From Octopus sinensis (lineage: Eukaryota), in assembly GCF_006345805.1 (NCBI RefSeq), contig NC_043017.1, positions 25,668,001-25,732,000 of the forward strand: a DNA stretch of 64,000 nucleotides, given 5' to 3'. Below, piece by piece: positions 39,566 to 52,176 of this stretch (its first letter is position 1; every line of letters begins with the position of its first letter). The notes under the pieces were generated by a model. It saw nothing but the letters and a program-made list of their open reading frames with translations, was not told the DNA's origin and made no database searches. Position numbers and translations under genes: made by a program.

Positions 39566-40308
39566 ATTGCCATTTGCACGTTAGTTCCCCGACGTAAGAA
39601 CTCAAATACCACGGCTCGTGATTTGAGAAGCTTTCAGTGAACTTTAAGTATACAATTGGTTCACGAAAGGTCACTTTAGGTGTGAATCAAAAGTAAACAA
39701 CAAACATGGCCGACAACCCCATAAACACGCTTCATCATTATTTTTTTTTTCTCTAAATATTAAAATATACAGTAATGAGAGTAGATTTGCTCTAAAGAAG
39801 CAATTTTTTAAATATTGCCTATGAAATTAACTGGTTTTAAAAAGAAACTATTCATTAAAAATACAGGCTGAATAATATTGTTGACGGCTATCATTAAATA
39901 CTATGATTAAAAGATACAGATCTGTGACATGTCGTTGAACCGGAGTTATAGCTCAAAATGTCAAGAGCGAAAAGTCAATTATATTTACGTTGCGCTTGCA
40001 ATTGCTTTTATACACCTTTAGCTATAACTACATAAATACATGTTTGTATATATATATATATAATATATATATACGATCAACTGTAAATTTAAAATCAAAA
40101 AGCTTTTTATTATGTACTTGTATTTGTATTTGTTTGATATATATAGAAATATGGCGATATGAATATATATATGTATGTATGTATGTATGTGTTGTGTATG
40201 TATGTGTGTATGTATGTATGTGTGTGTATGTATGTATGTGTGTGTGTATTTATGTATGTGTGTATTTATATATGTGTGTATGTATGTATGTGTGTGTATC
40301 TATGTATG

Positions 40309-40764
40309 CGCAAGGCCCAGCTGAGATGGGCGGGCCATGTCTCCCGCATGTCCGACACTCGCATCCCAAAACAGCTCTTCTACGGTGAACTCGGCCAGGC
40401 AGGCGCAAAGTCGGAGGGCAAAAAAGCGCTACAAGGATAGTCTCAAGGTCTCTCTCAAAGACTTCTCCATCGGAACAGAGACCTGGGAGACACTTGCTGC
40501 CAACCGCTCATCCTGGCGCAGCGCAATCACCGTGGGAGCAGGGACAGCCGAGGAGGGACGGATTCGGTCAGCGGAGCAGAAACGTCAGATGCGTAAAGTC
40601 AGAGCCGCCTGCACCAGTAGCACTGCCCCTACCCACTTCTGCCCCACCTGTGGGAGGGGCTTCCTTGCCCGGATTGGCCTCACCAGCCACCTCCGGTCTC
40701 ATGGCGGCAGTTCCATCAGATGATGTCAGTTGGTCATCTTCGAACCGAAGGACGAACATTATTA
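40309..40764 (+). mobile_element. Young 5'-truncated RTE-clade LINE with C-terminal CCHH zinc finger and 46-bp TSD
   Basis: RKAQLRWAGHVSRMSDTRIPKQLFYGEL [1-nt frameshift] KKRYKDSLKVSLK..WETLAANRSSWR..CPTCGRGFLARIGLTSHLRSH; identical 46-bp flanks at 40263-40308 and 40765-40810. Confidence 0.9.
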
Positions 40765-41745
40765 TATTTATATATGTGTGTATGTATGTATGTGTGTGTA
40801 TCTATGTATGTATGTGTTAATGTTTGTATGTATGTATATGTATGTATTTCTGTGTATGTAAATACACGTGTGCATGTGTAGCATATATATGTTAGTTTTA
40901 TGTGTATATAATATTCAGTTATAATTACTTATATATATATATATATATATATACATCTGTGTGTGTGTGTATTTACATATATTCATGCACACATATTCCT
41001 ACACCTATAGACGTACATGTACACACACACATATATATGTTTATATGCATGAGGTTGTGAGTTTGTATCCATGTGTGTGGTAAAAAGCTGTACCGGTTAG
41101 CAAAATTCACTAATTGAAAAACAGGCTGTTTGCTGAAATCAATTTACCAGTAAAGTACTCACATTATAAATTCAGGTCGATATTTTATTCGCTTATTAGA
41201 ATCAATTATAATTTTTTTATGTATAATCAATAGCAGAATGCAAAAATCCTGTCAAATGTAGCAGTGTCTACTGGAGCGCATAGATTTGGATACAAAAGGA
41301 ATTCATCGTGGTGCCAGGAAAATCCAGTGAGTAGATTCAATGCGAAACCGATGGTGCGGACCAAGAAAAATTTTCTACATGGATAAAACTACACAGTGGA
41401 GCTTTAAATTTGTTGTGCAATGACTGACATAGAATCCACTCAGACAGCAAAAATAATTATCATAAATCTTTCAGACAGTATTATCTGTGATAATGAATTT
41501 GATGAAATATAATGAATACCTGTTGCTAAATGCCAAAACCTATCAGATCTGACTATTCTACAACAGAGAAAGAGCACGAGAGAAACAAAAGGGGCAGAGA
41601 AAAAGGGGGTGAGACAGAGAAAGGCAGAGGGGAAAGAGAAACAAAGAGATAACTATGGGTATTGTTGAGTGTTATTCTTATCTCTTACATCTATCACCGT
41701 ATTTGCCGTACAATGGTGAGCCTATAACTAAACAAATGCATAATA

Positions 41746-41942
41746 GGGCAGGTGTGGCTGTGAGGGGAGAAGCTTGCTTACCAACCACATGGTTCCGGGT
41801 TGAGTTCCACTGCGTGGCACCTTGAGTATTTGTCTTCTACTGTAACCTCGGGCCGAGCAAAGCCTTGTGAGTGGACTTAGTAGATGGAAACTGAAAGAAG
41901 CCCGTCTTGTGTATATATATATATATATATATGTGTGTGTTG

Positions 41943-41973
<31 letters not shown>

Positions 41974-42184
41974 GTATGTGTGTGTATATATGTATGTGTG
42001 TGTGTGTGTATATATATGTATGTGTGTGTGTATATATATGTATGTGTGTGTGTGTGTATATATATATATGTATGTGTGTATGTGTGTATATATATGTGTG
42101 TATATATATGTGTGTATGTGTGTATATATATGTGTGTATGTGTGTATATATATGTGTGTATGTGTGTATATATATGTGTGTGTG

Positions 42185-42218
<34 letters not shown>

Positions 42219-42353
42219 TATGTATGTGTGTATGTGTGTATATATATGTGTGTGTGTGTATATATATGTGTGTATGTGTGTATATATGTGTGTGTGTATA
42301 TATATGTATGTATGTGTGTGTGTATATATATGTATGTATTTGTGTGTGTATAT

Positions 42354-42400
<47 letters not shown>

Positions 42401-42575
42401 GCATCGCTTGACAACAGTTGTTGGTGTGTTTGTCCTCGAAACTTAGCGGTTCGGTAAAAAAGACACCGATAGAATAAGTCTAGGCTTACAAAGAGTAAGT
42501 CCTGGGGTCGATTTGTTCGTGTAAAGGCCGTGCTCCAGCATGGCCGCAGTCAACTAACTGAATCGTGGAAAAGAG
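41746..42575 (+). mobile_element. SINE-B with internal microsatellite expanded to about 490 bp
   Basis: Head to gaagcccgtc (41905), (TA/TG)n at 41908-42400, tail resumes gcttgacaacagttgttggtgtgttt. Confidence 0.85.
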
Positions 42576-42747
42576 TATTTGTTGGCGTAAAATAAATCAG
42601 AATTGTCGACAAAGGAGAAGCAGAGACAAAGAGAAAGAGAGAGAGGGGGTGAGAGACAGAGAAACAGACAGAAAATCAGAAGGGAAAGAGAAAGAAAGAG
42701 AGAACTATGGGCATTGTTCAGTCTTATATTTATTTCTTTATATAAGC

Positions 42748-43143
42748 ACTAGCAGTATCGCCCGGCGTTGCTCGGGTTTGTAAGGGAAATAACTATATAA
42801 GCATTTTTAGAGAGTTATAGCCAAAAAAAGCAAAAAATGCATTAGAAATGGAAAAAAAATTATTGTAAATTTTTTTTTAATCTTTGACTCATCGTAGACA
42901 TTTTTAGAGAGTTACTTCCCTTATATAAAGCGAAAAAATGCATTAAAATGGAAAAAAATGATGGTAATTTTTTTTAAATCGTAGACTCATCGTAGACGCG
43001 CGCGCTAATACCCAGAAGGGCTCGATATGAATCACGACTATAAGATACACAGTTTTGGTTAAACTGCACCGCAAAATGTGGGAGTAGTTAGGAATCTAAA
43101 TCGTAGGAGACAGACACACAACCTTACTTTTATATATAAAGAT
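42748..43143 (+). mobile_element. Non-autonomous Helitron/Helentron-like element
   Basis: Starts actagcagtatcgcccggcgttgctcggg (5' hairpin), has internal repeats, ends agacagacacacaaccttacttttatatataaagat; termini typical of HINE/Lep1-like elements (recall). Confidence 0.6.
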
Positions 43144-43598
43144 ATCCTGATATCTATCATCGTTTCTGCTGTTTAACGATGAGACAGACTCTAACTAAAC
43201 GAATGCAGAACATTGCATATTTCTTTGTGTAAAATATATTAGATTCGTTGATACTGGGAAAATAGTATCACACTTGCAATAGAATGATAATTCAAAGAGT
43301 CATTTTCTGAGAATATTCCTATCAAACCAACATCGATTTAAAACGTTATTAGGGATAAAAGAATATACTATACAGATACATAAAATATTTTAACAAAATT
43401 AGAAACAGTTTAGAGTTCAGCAATAGTTGTGAATTAGTTGATGGCTTTTAGAGTAGAAACAGCAGATAATTCATAGGGTATCGATACCAAAATTAATCAA
43501 AAGTTCATTTGATGAACAAAGGCATTAATTTCTTTACTTTTAGAATTAAATGCTCCTCGATCGAATCCAGGCTGGAAGAGTTTACACATTAGAGAATA

Positions 43599-44109
43599 CC
43601 GTAAATCCTCAAGTATAATCCGCTTTTTTATTCAAAATTTAAAGGTCAAAATCCCTAGTGCGTACTATATACGGGGTTAAAAATGAAAAATATTTACTAA
43701 GCAATGTCCAAGTCTCTATTTGCTGTTCGGCAATGTTTATTCAGACGCATTTTGTGATGTCGGGTGCGAAAATACCTTAAGCTAAGCCAGAAAGCAATGA
43801 AGTCATAAAAGAATCATCCATAACTTACAGTAAGCAACATTTATTAAAGGTTATTACTGTTATTTCTTTATTTTCTGCAAACAAAATGCACAAAAAAGCT
43901 ACACGTTTGCATTATGTTATATATACAATAATAATAAAGGACGTTACAGTATACATTTTTACAAACCAAGGATGTTATATAGACCTGCTTAACTCAAGTT
44001 AGGGAAGGGGTGCATATTATACACAAGATTTAAGTTTTTCAGAGGTACAGCCCCCTAAAAATCCCCTGCGTATTATACTCAAGGACGGACTATACTCGAG
44101 GATTTACAG
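43599..44109. mobile_element. pogo/Tigger-like MITE with TA TSD
   Basis: 24-bp TIRs ccgtaaatcctcaagtataatccg / cggactatactcgaggatttacag (3 mismatches); TA at 43597-43598 and 44110-44111. Confidence 0.8.
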
Positions 44110-45329
44110 TAAGCCACATGATGACGATTGGACGCAAAACCGATCGCAGATGTTGGTGGGGAATCCTATGTAGAAGTTGTGTACAAGTGGATGTACGACT
44201 GGTACATTTATGTGTAGAGCTCAACGTAGACTTTTGTAATCCAGTCTGCTTTTTGTATAGTGGTTAGAGAACTATTATACTGATATGTGTTACCAGTTAT
44301 AAGCTAGAGAGTAAATTCAGGGAAAATAAGAAAAAGACAAGTTTATATTAAATATCCTACAGGCGTTTCACTTTCATCTTTGTTTGGGGCCCTGAGATAG
44401 ATGTTACAAATGTATATACATGCCCAACCACAACGGTTTATCAGAGGGCACTTTATTGTATCGTTTAAGGAACATGTATCGCTTAAGGAAGGTTTTTGAG
44501 GAACATGCCTCAAAGTTGAGTTTAAAATGCCAGATATTTATGATCTTTTAGAGGAAAAATGACTTCGTCGTAAATAATTAATTAAAATAGTAATCTGTGT
44601 ATCATACTTAACGTGCCAGTCGCTCCGTCGCTTACCGCGACAAGTGTTTCAGTTGATCCGATCAACGCAACAGCCTGCTGGTTAATTTAACATACGAGTG
44701 GATGAGTTCATCGCAGACGTGTGTAACTTTATCGAGGCTCTCAGAGAGATTCTGCTACACACTGTTGCCATCTGAATAAATTACAGTAGCATAAAATAAA
44801 GTGTCTTGCTCAATGATACAATGCACGACCGAGTGTCGAACTTACGACTTTACAATCATGAGCCGAATACCCTGACCATTAAGCCACGCACTTTCACTAA
44901 ACGCAATGTATAGACGCCGTCAGTAGACCAGTTAATGAAACAGTTGTGCTCACATAGCATCTCTTAAGGACTTATTGTGATGAAATCACAGTAAAAATCA
45001 AAGAGAAATGAAAACACGCCCCAGCAGCGGCCAGGAAGAACACCAGAAGCATTTCGGCACCTGGGGTATTTTCAATGAAACATATTCGACACAAGCCGCT
45101 TGCTCGGAGGAGAATTTGACTTATCTGATATAGGAAAAAGTGTATAAAACATTCACTGATGTTGCAAATATACGAGTGACTAAATAAAATTCCGGTAACG
45201 CAATTGAGGCAGTATTTAAATAAAATAGTTATCTATTCAATATTTATTGTGTTTTAAATACAGCATGTCCATGAGAGATATCATATTGGGACAAATTGTA
45301 CAGTAACTGCCTTATCCTTTCTACAAAAG

Positions 45330-45531
45330 GCATCAGGTTTGAAATTTTTTCGGGGAGGGGACCAGTCGATTACATCGATCCCAGTGATTCACTGGTACTT
45401 AATTTATTGATCCCGATAGGATGAAAGGCAATGTCAACCTCGGCAGAATTTGAACTTAGAACGTAAAGACGGACGAAATGCCGCTAAGCATTTTGACCGG
45501 CGTGTTAACGAACCTGCCAGCTCGCCGCCTT
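45330..45531 (-). mobile_element. SINE-A (tail b)
   Basis: Head ccagctcgccgcctt on the + strand at about 45530. Confidence 0.85.
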
Positions 45532-45590
45532 GCAGTAATTGGTCTATTGCCAGAGTACAAGCATTAAGTATGCTATATAGGTGCATACAA

Positions 45591-45827
45591 GGCGGTGAGC
45601 TGGGCGAAACGTTAGCACGCCGGGCGAAATGTGTAGCCGTATTTCATCTGTCGTTACGTTCTGAGTCCAAATTCTGCCGAGGTCGACTTTGCCTTTCATC
45701 CTTTCGGGGTCGATAAATTAAGTACCAGTTAGGCACTGGGGTCGATGTAATCGACTTAATCCCTCTGCCTGTCCTTGTTTGTCCCCTATGTGTTTAGCCC
45801 TTTGTGGGTAGTAAAGAAATATATATA
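45591..45827 (+). mobile_element. SINE-A monomer (tail a) with 15-bp TSD
   Basis: tatataggtgcatac at 45574-45588 and 45828-45842. Confidence 0.85.
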
Positions 45828-46159
45828 TATATAGGTGCATACTTAAATCGAATAAGAATTTGAGTGATTTATTATACATAGCTAAGTGCTCAGCAACCAT
45901 GCCTTTTCTAACTCATCTATATCTATAAAGTAATTTATTGAAGTTTAAGACATGCAGTCTACAGTAATACTATATTCATTGTTACACATAAGGGCACAGA
46001 TAGTGAATTATCAATGAAGTTTGGTATTTAATATTATACCGATATTGTTTGCTGCTCTACTTTTGAAAATCTACGAGGATGAAAACAAAGCAACACTGGT
46101 CATCAAGCGCTGCGACCCAAAAGCGCAAAGACAGAGGCACATATATGTATATAAAATTA

Positions 46160-46315
46160 CAAAGGCTTCCACACAGTTCCCCCCTCTAAATTAACTCACA
46201 AGGCATTGAATGGCCCGAGGACATTGCAGAAGACAGTTACTGAAGTTACCGCACTGTGGGATTGAAATTGAAAGCACATGGTTGCAAAGCAAGCTCCTTT
46301 AGCCACACGGCCATG
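46160..46315 (-). mobile_element. Degenerate SINE-B head
   Basis: cactgtgggattgaa..cacatggttgcaaagcaagct..agccacacggcca is the reverse of the head. Confidence 0.65.
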
Positions 46316-46579
46316 CAAAATTTTCTTTTAATCTTTTTGAAAATACATGAGATTATTTCAGATAATAATTGAACATCTTAAAAATTAATCATATCGTAAT
46401 ATAATAAGACTTTAGTTTAATAAATATTGACATTTGTTTAACGTTGGAATAACGATATCTGGCTCTTATTAGCGTCTCTCACACATCCAAGCGTATTCCT
46501 CGGTTTAATTAGCATTGATAAGTCTATACATGTATATGTGTATATATGTCTGTATGTATGTATTTGCACAGATGTATTA

Positions 46580-47115
46580 TGTATATATTTTGCACATATA
46601 TATATATATATTATGTATATGTATTGCACATATATATATTATGTATATATACACATATATATATATATATATCTGTGTATATATACATATATATATATAT
46701 ATCTGTGTATATATACATACATATATATATATATATATCTGTGTATATATACATATATTATATATATATATCTGTGTATATATACATACATATATATATA
46801 TATCTGTGTATATATACATATATATATATATATATCTGTGTATATATACATATATACATATATATATACATATCTGTGTATATATACATATATACATATA
46901 TATATATCTGTGTATATATACATATATATATATATCTGTGTATATATACACACATATATACATACGTTTATATATATATATATATCCTTAAGTGGTATAA
47001 CTTTATATATATATATGTACATACATACATTGATATATACGTATGTATATATTTATATGCAAATACACACACACGCTCATATATATTATATATATATATA
47101 TAAGCACATATATGG

Positions 47116-47149
<34 letters not shown>

Positions 47150-47160
47150 AGCACATATAT

Positions 47161-47193
<33 letters not shown>

Positions 47194-47202
47194 CACATAT
47201 AT

Positions 47203-47235
<33 letters not shown>

Positions 47236-47249
47236 CAATATATGGATAT

Positions 47250-47281
<32 letters not shown>

Positions 47282-47294
47282 AGCACATATATGG

Positions 47295-47326
<32 letters not shown>

Positions 47327-47365
47327 AAGCACATATATGGATATATATATAGATATATATATAAT
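46580..47365. repeat. TA-rich compound minisatellites (atatctgtgtatatatacat and ataagcacatatatggat units)
   Basis: Direct inspection. Confidence 0.9.
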
Positions 47366-47803
47366 CCTGAAGTGTTACTTTCCTGGCAAGCGAGATGCTC
47401 CGAGATTGTCTGCCGAACCTAAAACATTTCCATTTCTGAAGTAGTAATTTACGCTAGCCATTTAAAACACTCATATAATATTACTTTCACTTTCGTATTA
47501 TTACTTAATGGCATTGTATAATATAATTTGTCGAAAAGTTGCATCGCATATTTAGACGCTGATCGCTGACGCTGGGAAGCGATCGGGGGAGGAGGGGGGT
47601 TATGCAGCGGAACTGTGAAAATGATCAGAACGCAGATGGTATTGTAAAGGTTTTGACACTGCGCGCTCTACACTGCTATTAATATATGAGATATGAGGTT
47701 ATAAGAAGGTATATGTGTATGTGTTGGACTCTGTGTTCGTGTTGTGCTTGCATGTATGTGTGTGTGCTAGAATTGTTGATATTGTATACGAGGATATATA
47801 TGC

Positions 47804-47864
<61 letters not shown>

Positions 47865-49147
47865 CGTACATTACGTATATATTATACATATATATATATA
47901 TAATATTATATATATATACGTATGTATAGACATATATATATAGACATATATATAGACATACATACATATGTGTGTGTTTTTGTGTGTGTATGGCGATATG
48001 CAGATGTATATGAAGATATCTATATCAATCTATGTGTGTGTGTGTGTGCATGTGTTTACTTGCGTAAGTGTATGTTGTATTAATTTTAGAGTAGTTGCCA
48101 CACGGCTGCCATTTTGTTTGTGCGTTTATAAAGTTCTATTTTCTCGTGACGTTTTTGTTCATTTCCGTTTTTTCTTTATTTTTTGGCACCGATCATTTCA
48201 AAGCATATATATGAATATATTCTTGTACGACATAAAGTTATATTTCATTGACAATATAGTATTGCATAACATCTCCTTTTGGCCTTTTTGTCTATTGTTC
48301 TCTAGTATCTAGCTACAGTTGCGCTTTTAAAGTATAACATTGCAATATCTAACTTTTAGACACAGAAACTTTTAGCGCTCATGTATTCTTTCCACAGACA
48401 GGCTGGGTTCAGTTTCCATATATTATCTTGAATTCGAGTTTTCCTCCATTTGTTCAGAAGAAAGAAAAATATAAATAAATATAAAATATTTTTTTTAAAT
48501 GGTCAGAATGTGAAGGCAAACCCATTTTTGCATTAAAGATTTGGCCAGCGAACCAAAATTAATTTTGACAGATTAATGTCCGATTTGTAATTTCATATTA
48601 ATGAAGAAGGAATAAAAATAAGCCGTTGTTAGCAGAGATTGAGTCAAATAGTAAATCAATTATCATATCGTGAAATTCACTTAAAACACAAAAAGAAGAT
48701 AAAGAATATTTTTTGAAAAACAAGGAAAAAGGAAGTTGGAATTGTATTCCTGCGAAATATTAGACTGATAAATTTAAAAGATATTCAACTTTAGAGAAAC
48801 TTGAGTTGAATATTGATTTTAAAATTCTTCACAGAAAAGTTCGTTGGCTGGAAATAGCTTCATTTCGAAAATGGTATACTAAGCTTTAAGAAAGAAAGAA
48901 AGCAACCGAAGGGGAAATGTTATGTCATGTTAGGTTTATGTTTGAGATAATCGCGTTGCAAATGGTTGCTGCTAATCCGGGTTCTATTCATATGAACGAA
49001 AGTTTGGGACAATTGTTCTTGAACGGTTAAATTTGATAGAAATTTAGCACACGGAAAAGTACTGTGGCAGATTGCATATACACATACATGCAGCTGTATT
49101 GTATAAGCGAGCAAAATTTATATTTTTATTTGATATATTTATATACT

Positions 49148-49448
49148 GTGGAGGCGCAATGGCCTAGTGGTTAGGGCAGCGGACTCGCGGTCGCGGTTTC
49201 GATTCCCAGACCGGGCGTTGTGAGTGTTTATTGAGCGAAAACACCTAAAGCTCCACGAGGCTCCGGCAGGGATGGTGGTGATCCCTGCTGTACTCTTTCA
49301 CCGCAACTTTCTCCCACTCTTTCTTCTGTTGGCCTGCTCGCTTAGCCAGCGGGGTGGCGTCATTCGAAGGCTAAAACAATGCGAACGCATTGTGACCAGC
49401 GATGTGTAACAACATCTGATGGTCTGGTCGGTCACGTGATCACGTGAT
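49148..49448 (+). mobile_element. Full-length SINE-C, tail 1 (ends ggtcacgtgatcacgtgat)
   Basis: A-box tggcctagtgg, B-box gtttcgattccc; probable TSD atatttatata. Confidence 0.88.
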
Positions 49449-49728
49449 ATTTATATATTACTAAATTAAAAAAATTTTAAATGTCGGTCTTAATAGATAT
49501 AAATGAGTATATGAAGATTTGTATGTGTTTGGTCATTCTGTGGATTTTCTGATGTTCCTGTGGTTGTTGCTCGCATTGCCTTCCCTCGGATAAAAATGTG
49601 AAAAACAGTTCATTAGAGCAGTTCTATTTCCAATCCGTTGTATATCTTGAGCGTTGTTGTCACACAAGATATAAAGTTATATTTTGTAATATATATATAT
49701 ATATATATACATACGTACCTATGCACAC

Positions 49729-49928
49729 AGAGTGAGTGAGTCAGTGAGTCAGTCAGTGAGTGAGTGAGTCAGTGAGTGAGTGAGTCAGTCAGTCAGTCAG
49801 TCAGTCAGTCAGTGAGTCAGTCAGTGAGTCAGTCAGTCAGTGAGTCAGTCAGTCAGTGAGTCAGTCAGTCAGTGAGTCAGTCAGTCAGTCAGTGAGTCAG
49901 TCAGTCAGTGAGTCAGAGAGTGAGTGAG
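49729..49928. repeat. (AGTC/AGTG)n microsatellite containing about 11 TGAGTCA motifs
   Basis: Direct inspection and manual count. Confidence 0.9.
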
Positions 49929-50244
49929 AAATCCACCTTAACAGCTATTTAAAATGGTTGTTGTATGTTTATGCTTAATATAATATTTCTACACACGCTT
50001 TATGTTTTTCTTTCACCTTTTATGAGCGTTTTAACCATGTGTTAGTGTTAGTCTTATATGAGTTTGTGTGTATTTAGCGCTATCGCTACACTTATCTCTC
50101 CCTTTACGAGTTGTCTGTGTACTTAGTGTTCGACTGTGAAGTGTGGCGTGGAAGACCATCTCATAATGCAATTTCCTGTATGTTAAAGACAGACATTCTA
50201 TATTGTGCTTTCCTCTATTATTATTATTATTATTATTATTATCA

Positions 50245-50800
50245 TTGAGTGAGAGAGCAGTTCATGCCATCAAAGTGACACTGGGGTAAAATATACGAAG
50301 CCCAATATACCCATCATGACTACCCGTCTGATAAAGGTACACCAGGCACATGCATCACAACCATATGTGCGCGACATGGTGATCTCATATCAAGATAAAC
50401 AACACATGACTTGCAGGTGGGGCCCAGTTAGAATTTTCTTCAGGTTGAATAGCTCATCCTGCTCAAACGGTCCCTGAATAAGGGTTGTTTAAGGATGTTG
50501 AAAGAATCACCCATGTTTCCAGAGGTGAACTATTCAAACCCCAAAGAATCCCTCTCAACACATGGCTATGATGCTCCCCCACTACTTCTGCTCGTGATCA
50601 GAGATGCACATATCGTCAGCCACTAAGGGACATGCTCAACTGGTGAAGGTCAAACAACTGACAAGCAAATCTGTGGTATTGAGCAGAATATTTGTTGTAG
50701 CCCATCTTTTATACCAAGACAAAACAATGTACATGATAACACTTCCAATCAATTAAGATCAGAAGCCATGAGAGCCACTGCCTGGTACTGCATCAGGGCA
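50245..50800. mobile_element. Non-coding ~555-bp interspersed element bounded by (TAA/ATT)n
   Basis: Second, older copy at 6452-6690; no ORF; abuts the R4/Dong 3' end. Confidence 0.65.
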
Positions 50801-50819
50801 TTATTATTCAGTAATATAT

Positions 50820-51432
50820 TTTTCATACCGTGCTTTCACTTCACTACCGAGCGCAGCTCTGTGTACCTTGGGTATGTGCTGTGATTTGTTGTGATGCTCT
50901 GATGGTTATTGTATGGAAAGTGTTCTGCGTTGGATGTGTGCAGTGCCTAGTAGTGCAATTTTCTGTATGTTATATGTGTTTGTAAGTCCTGGTGTTTTTG
51001 TTATGTATTTGTCTGAATATATTTTTATCATGCCTAATGCACTTATTATGATAGGAATTGTTTCTGTTTTTAGATTCCACATTCAGGTTACCTCTATTTC
51101 CAGGTCTTTGTATTTTGAAAGTTTCTCCATTTCTTTTAGAGACACGTTGTCATCCGCTGGTATTGATACATCAATTAGAAAACTTTTTTTTCTTCATGAT
51201 CTCTGACAACTATATCTGGTCTGTTGGCCTTAATTTCTCTATCTGTGTGTATTGGCACGTCCCAGAATATGGTTGCTTTCTCGTTTTCTGTGACCTTTTC
51301 TGGTGTGTGCCTATATCATCTTTTTCTGTTGTTATTCCATAATGTTGGCATAGTTTCCAGTGTATATAGGTCCCAACTCTGTCGTGTTTGTGAATATATT
51401 CCTTCTTAGCCAGGACTGGGCAGCCAGAGATA
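50820..51432 (-). mobile_element. R4/Dong-clade non-LTR retrotransposon 3' end (end of zinc knuckle, restriction-like endonuclease, 3' UTR)
   Basis: PVLAKKEYIHKHDRVGTYIHW..PEKVTENEKATIFWDVPIHTDREIKANRPDIVV..FLIDVSIP..EKLSKYKDLEIE..ALG..KIALLGTAHI* (stop 50906-50908); two frameshifts. Confidence 0.88.
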
Positions 51433-51488
51433 ATTTATTGTTATTATTATTATTATTATTATCATTATTATTATTATTATTATTATTA

Positions 51489-51523
<35 letters not shown>

Positions 51524-51890
51524 GTCATTATTATTATTATTATTATTATTATTGTCATTATTATTATTATTATTATTGTCATTATTATTATTATTATTTT
51601 CCTTATTATTATTATTATTATTGCCATTATTATTATTATTATCATTATCATTATTATTGTTATCGTTGTCGTCGTCGTCATAATCATTATCATCATTAGC
51701 GTATTGTTATTAATATCACCATTATTATTATTAATAGTAGTATTTTGTTTTTTTCATATTATAATTGTTACTATTATCATTTTTATTGATGTTGCTATTA
51801 TTATTAATGATATCATCATAACAAGTATTACTATTATCATGTAACTATTATTACTAGCATTAAATATTATTATTATCATTTAACTGTTTG
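51433..51890. repeat. (TAT)n/(ATT)n microsatellite
   Basis: Direct inspection. Confidence 0.95.
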
Positions 51891-52127
51891 GCAACAGAAA
51901 TTAGTTTTGTATTTGTATCGAATATCATACCAGTGATTGGAATCGCATCATAATAAGTTGCTTTTCTTTTTGGTTAAATTTTCTTTTCAGCCGCAAATAA
52001 AAACTAATGTAAAATAACGCTTCTTCCTCGTTTTAGGTTTCTTTAATTAAATTTTAATTGCAATGACTTGTTCAATACAAACAAAGGATACAAAACTTAA
52101 ATTCCCGAAGTTCGTTTAAATAGAAAG

Positions 52128-52176
<49 letters not shown>

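Noticed and set aside
49148-49225. Possible tRNA gene (also the heads of other SINE copies)
   Set aside because: A and B boxes are present, but the sequence runs on into a SINE body, with no clean acceptor stem or Pol III terminator after the tRNA-like part.
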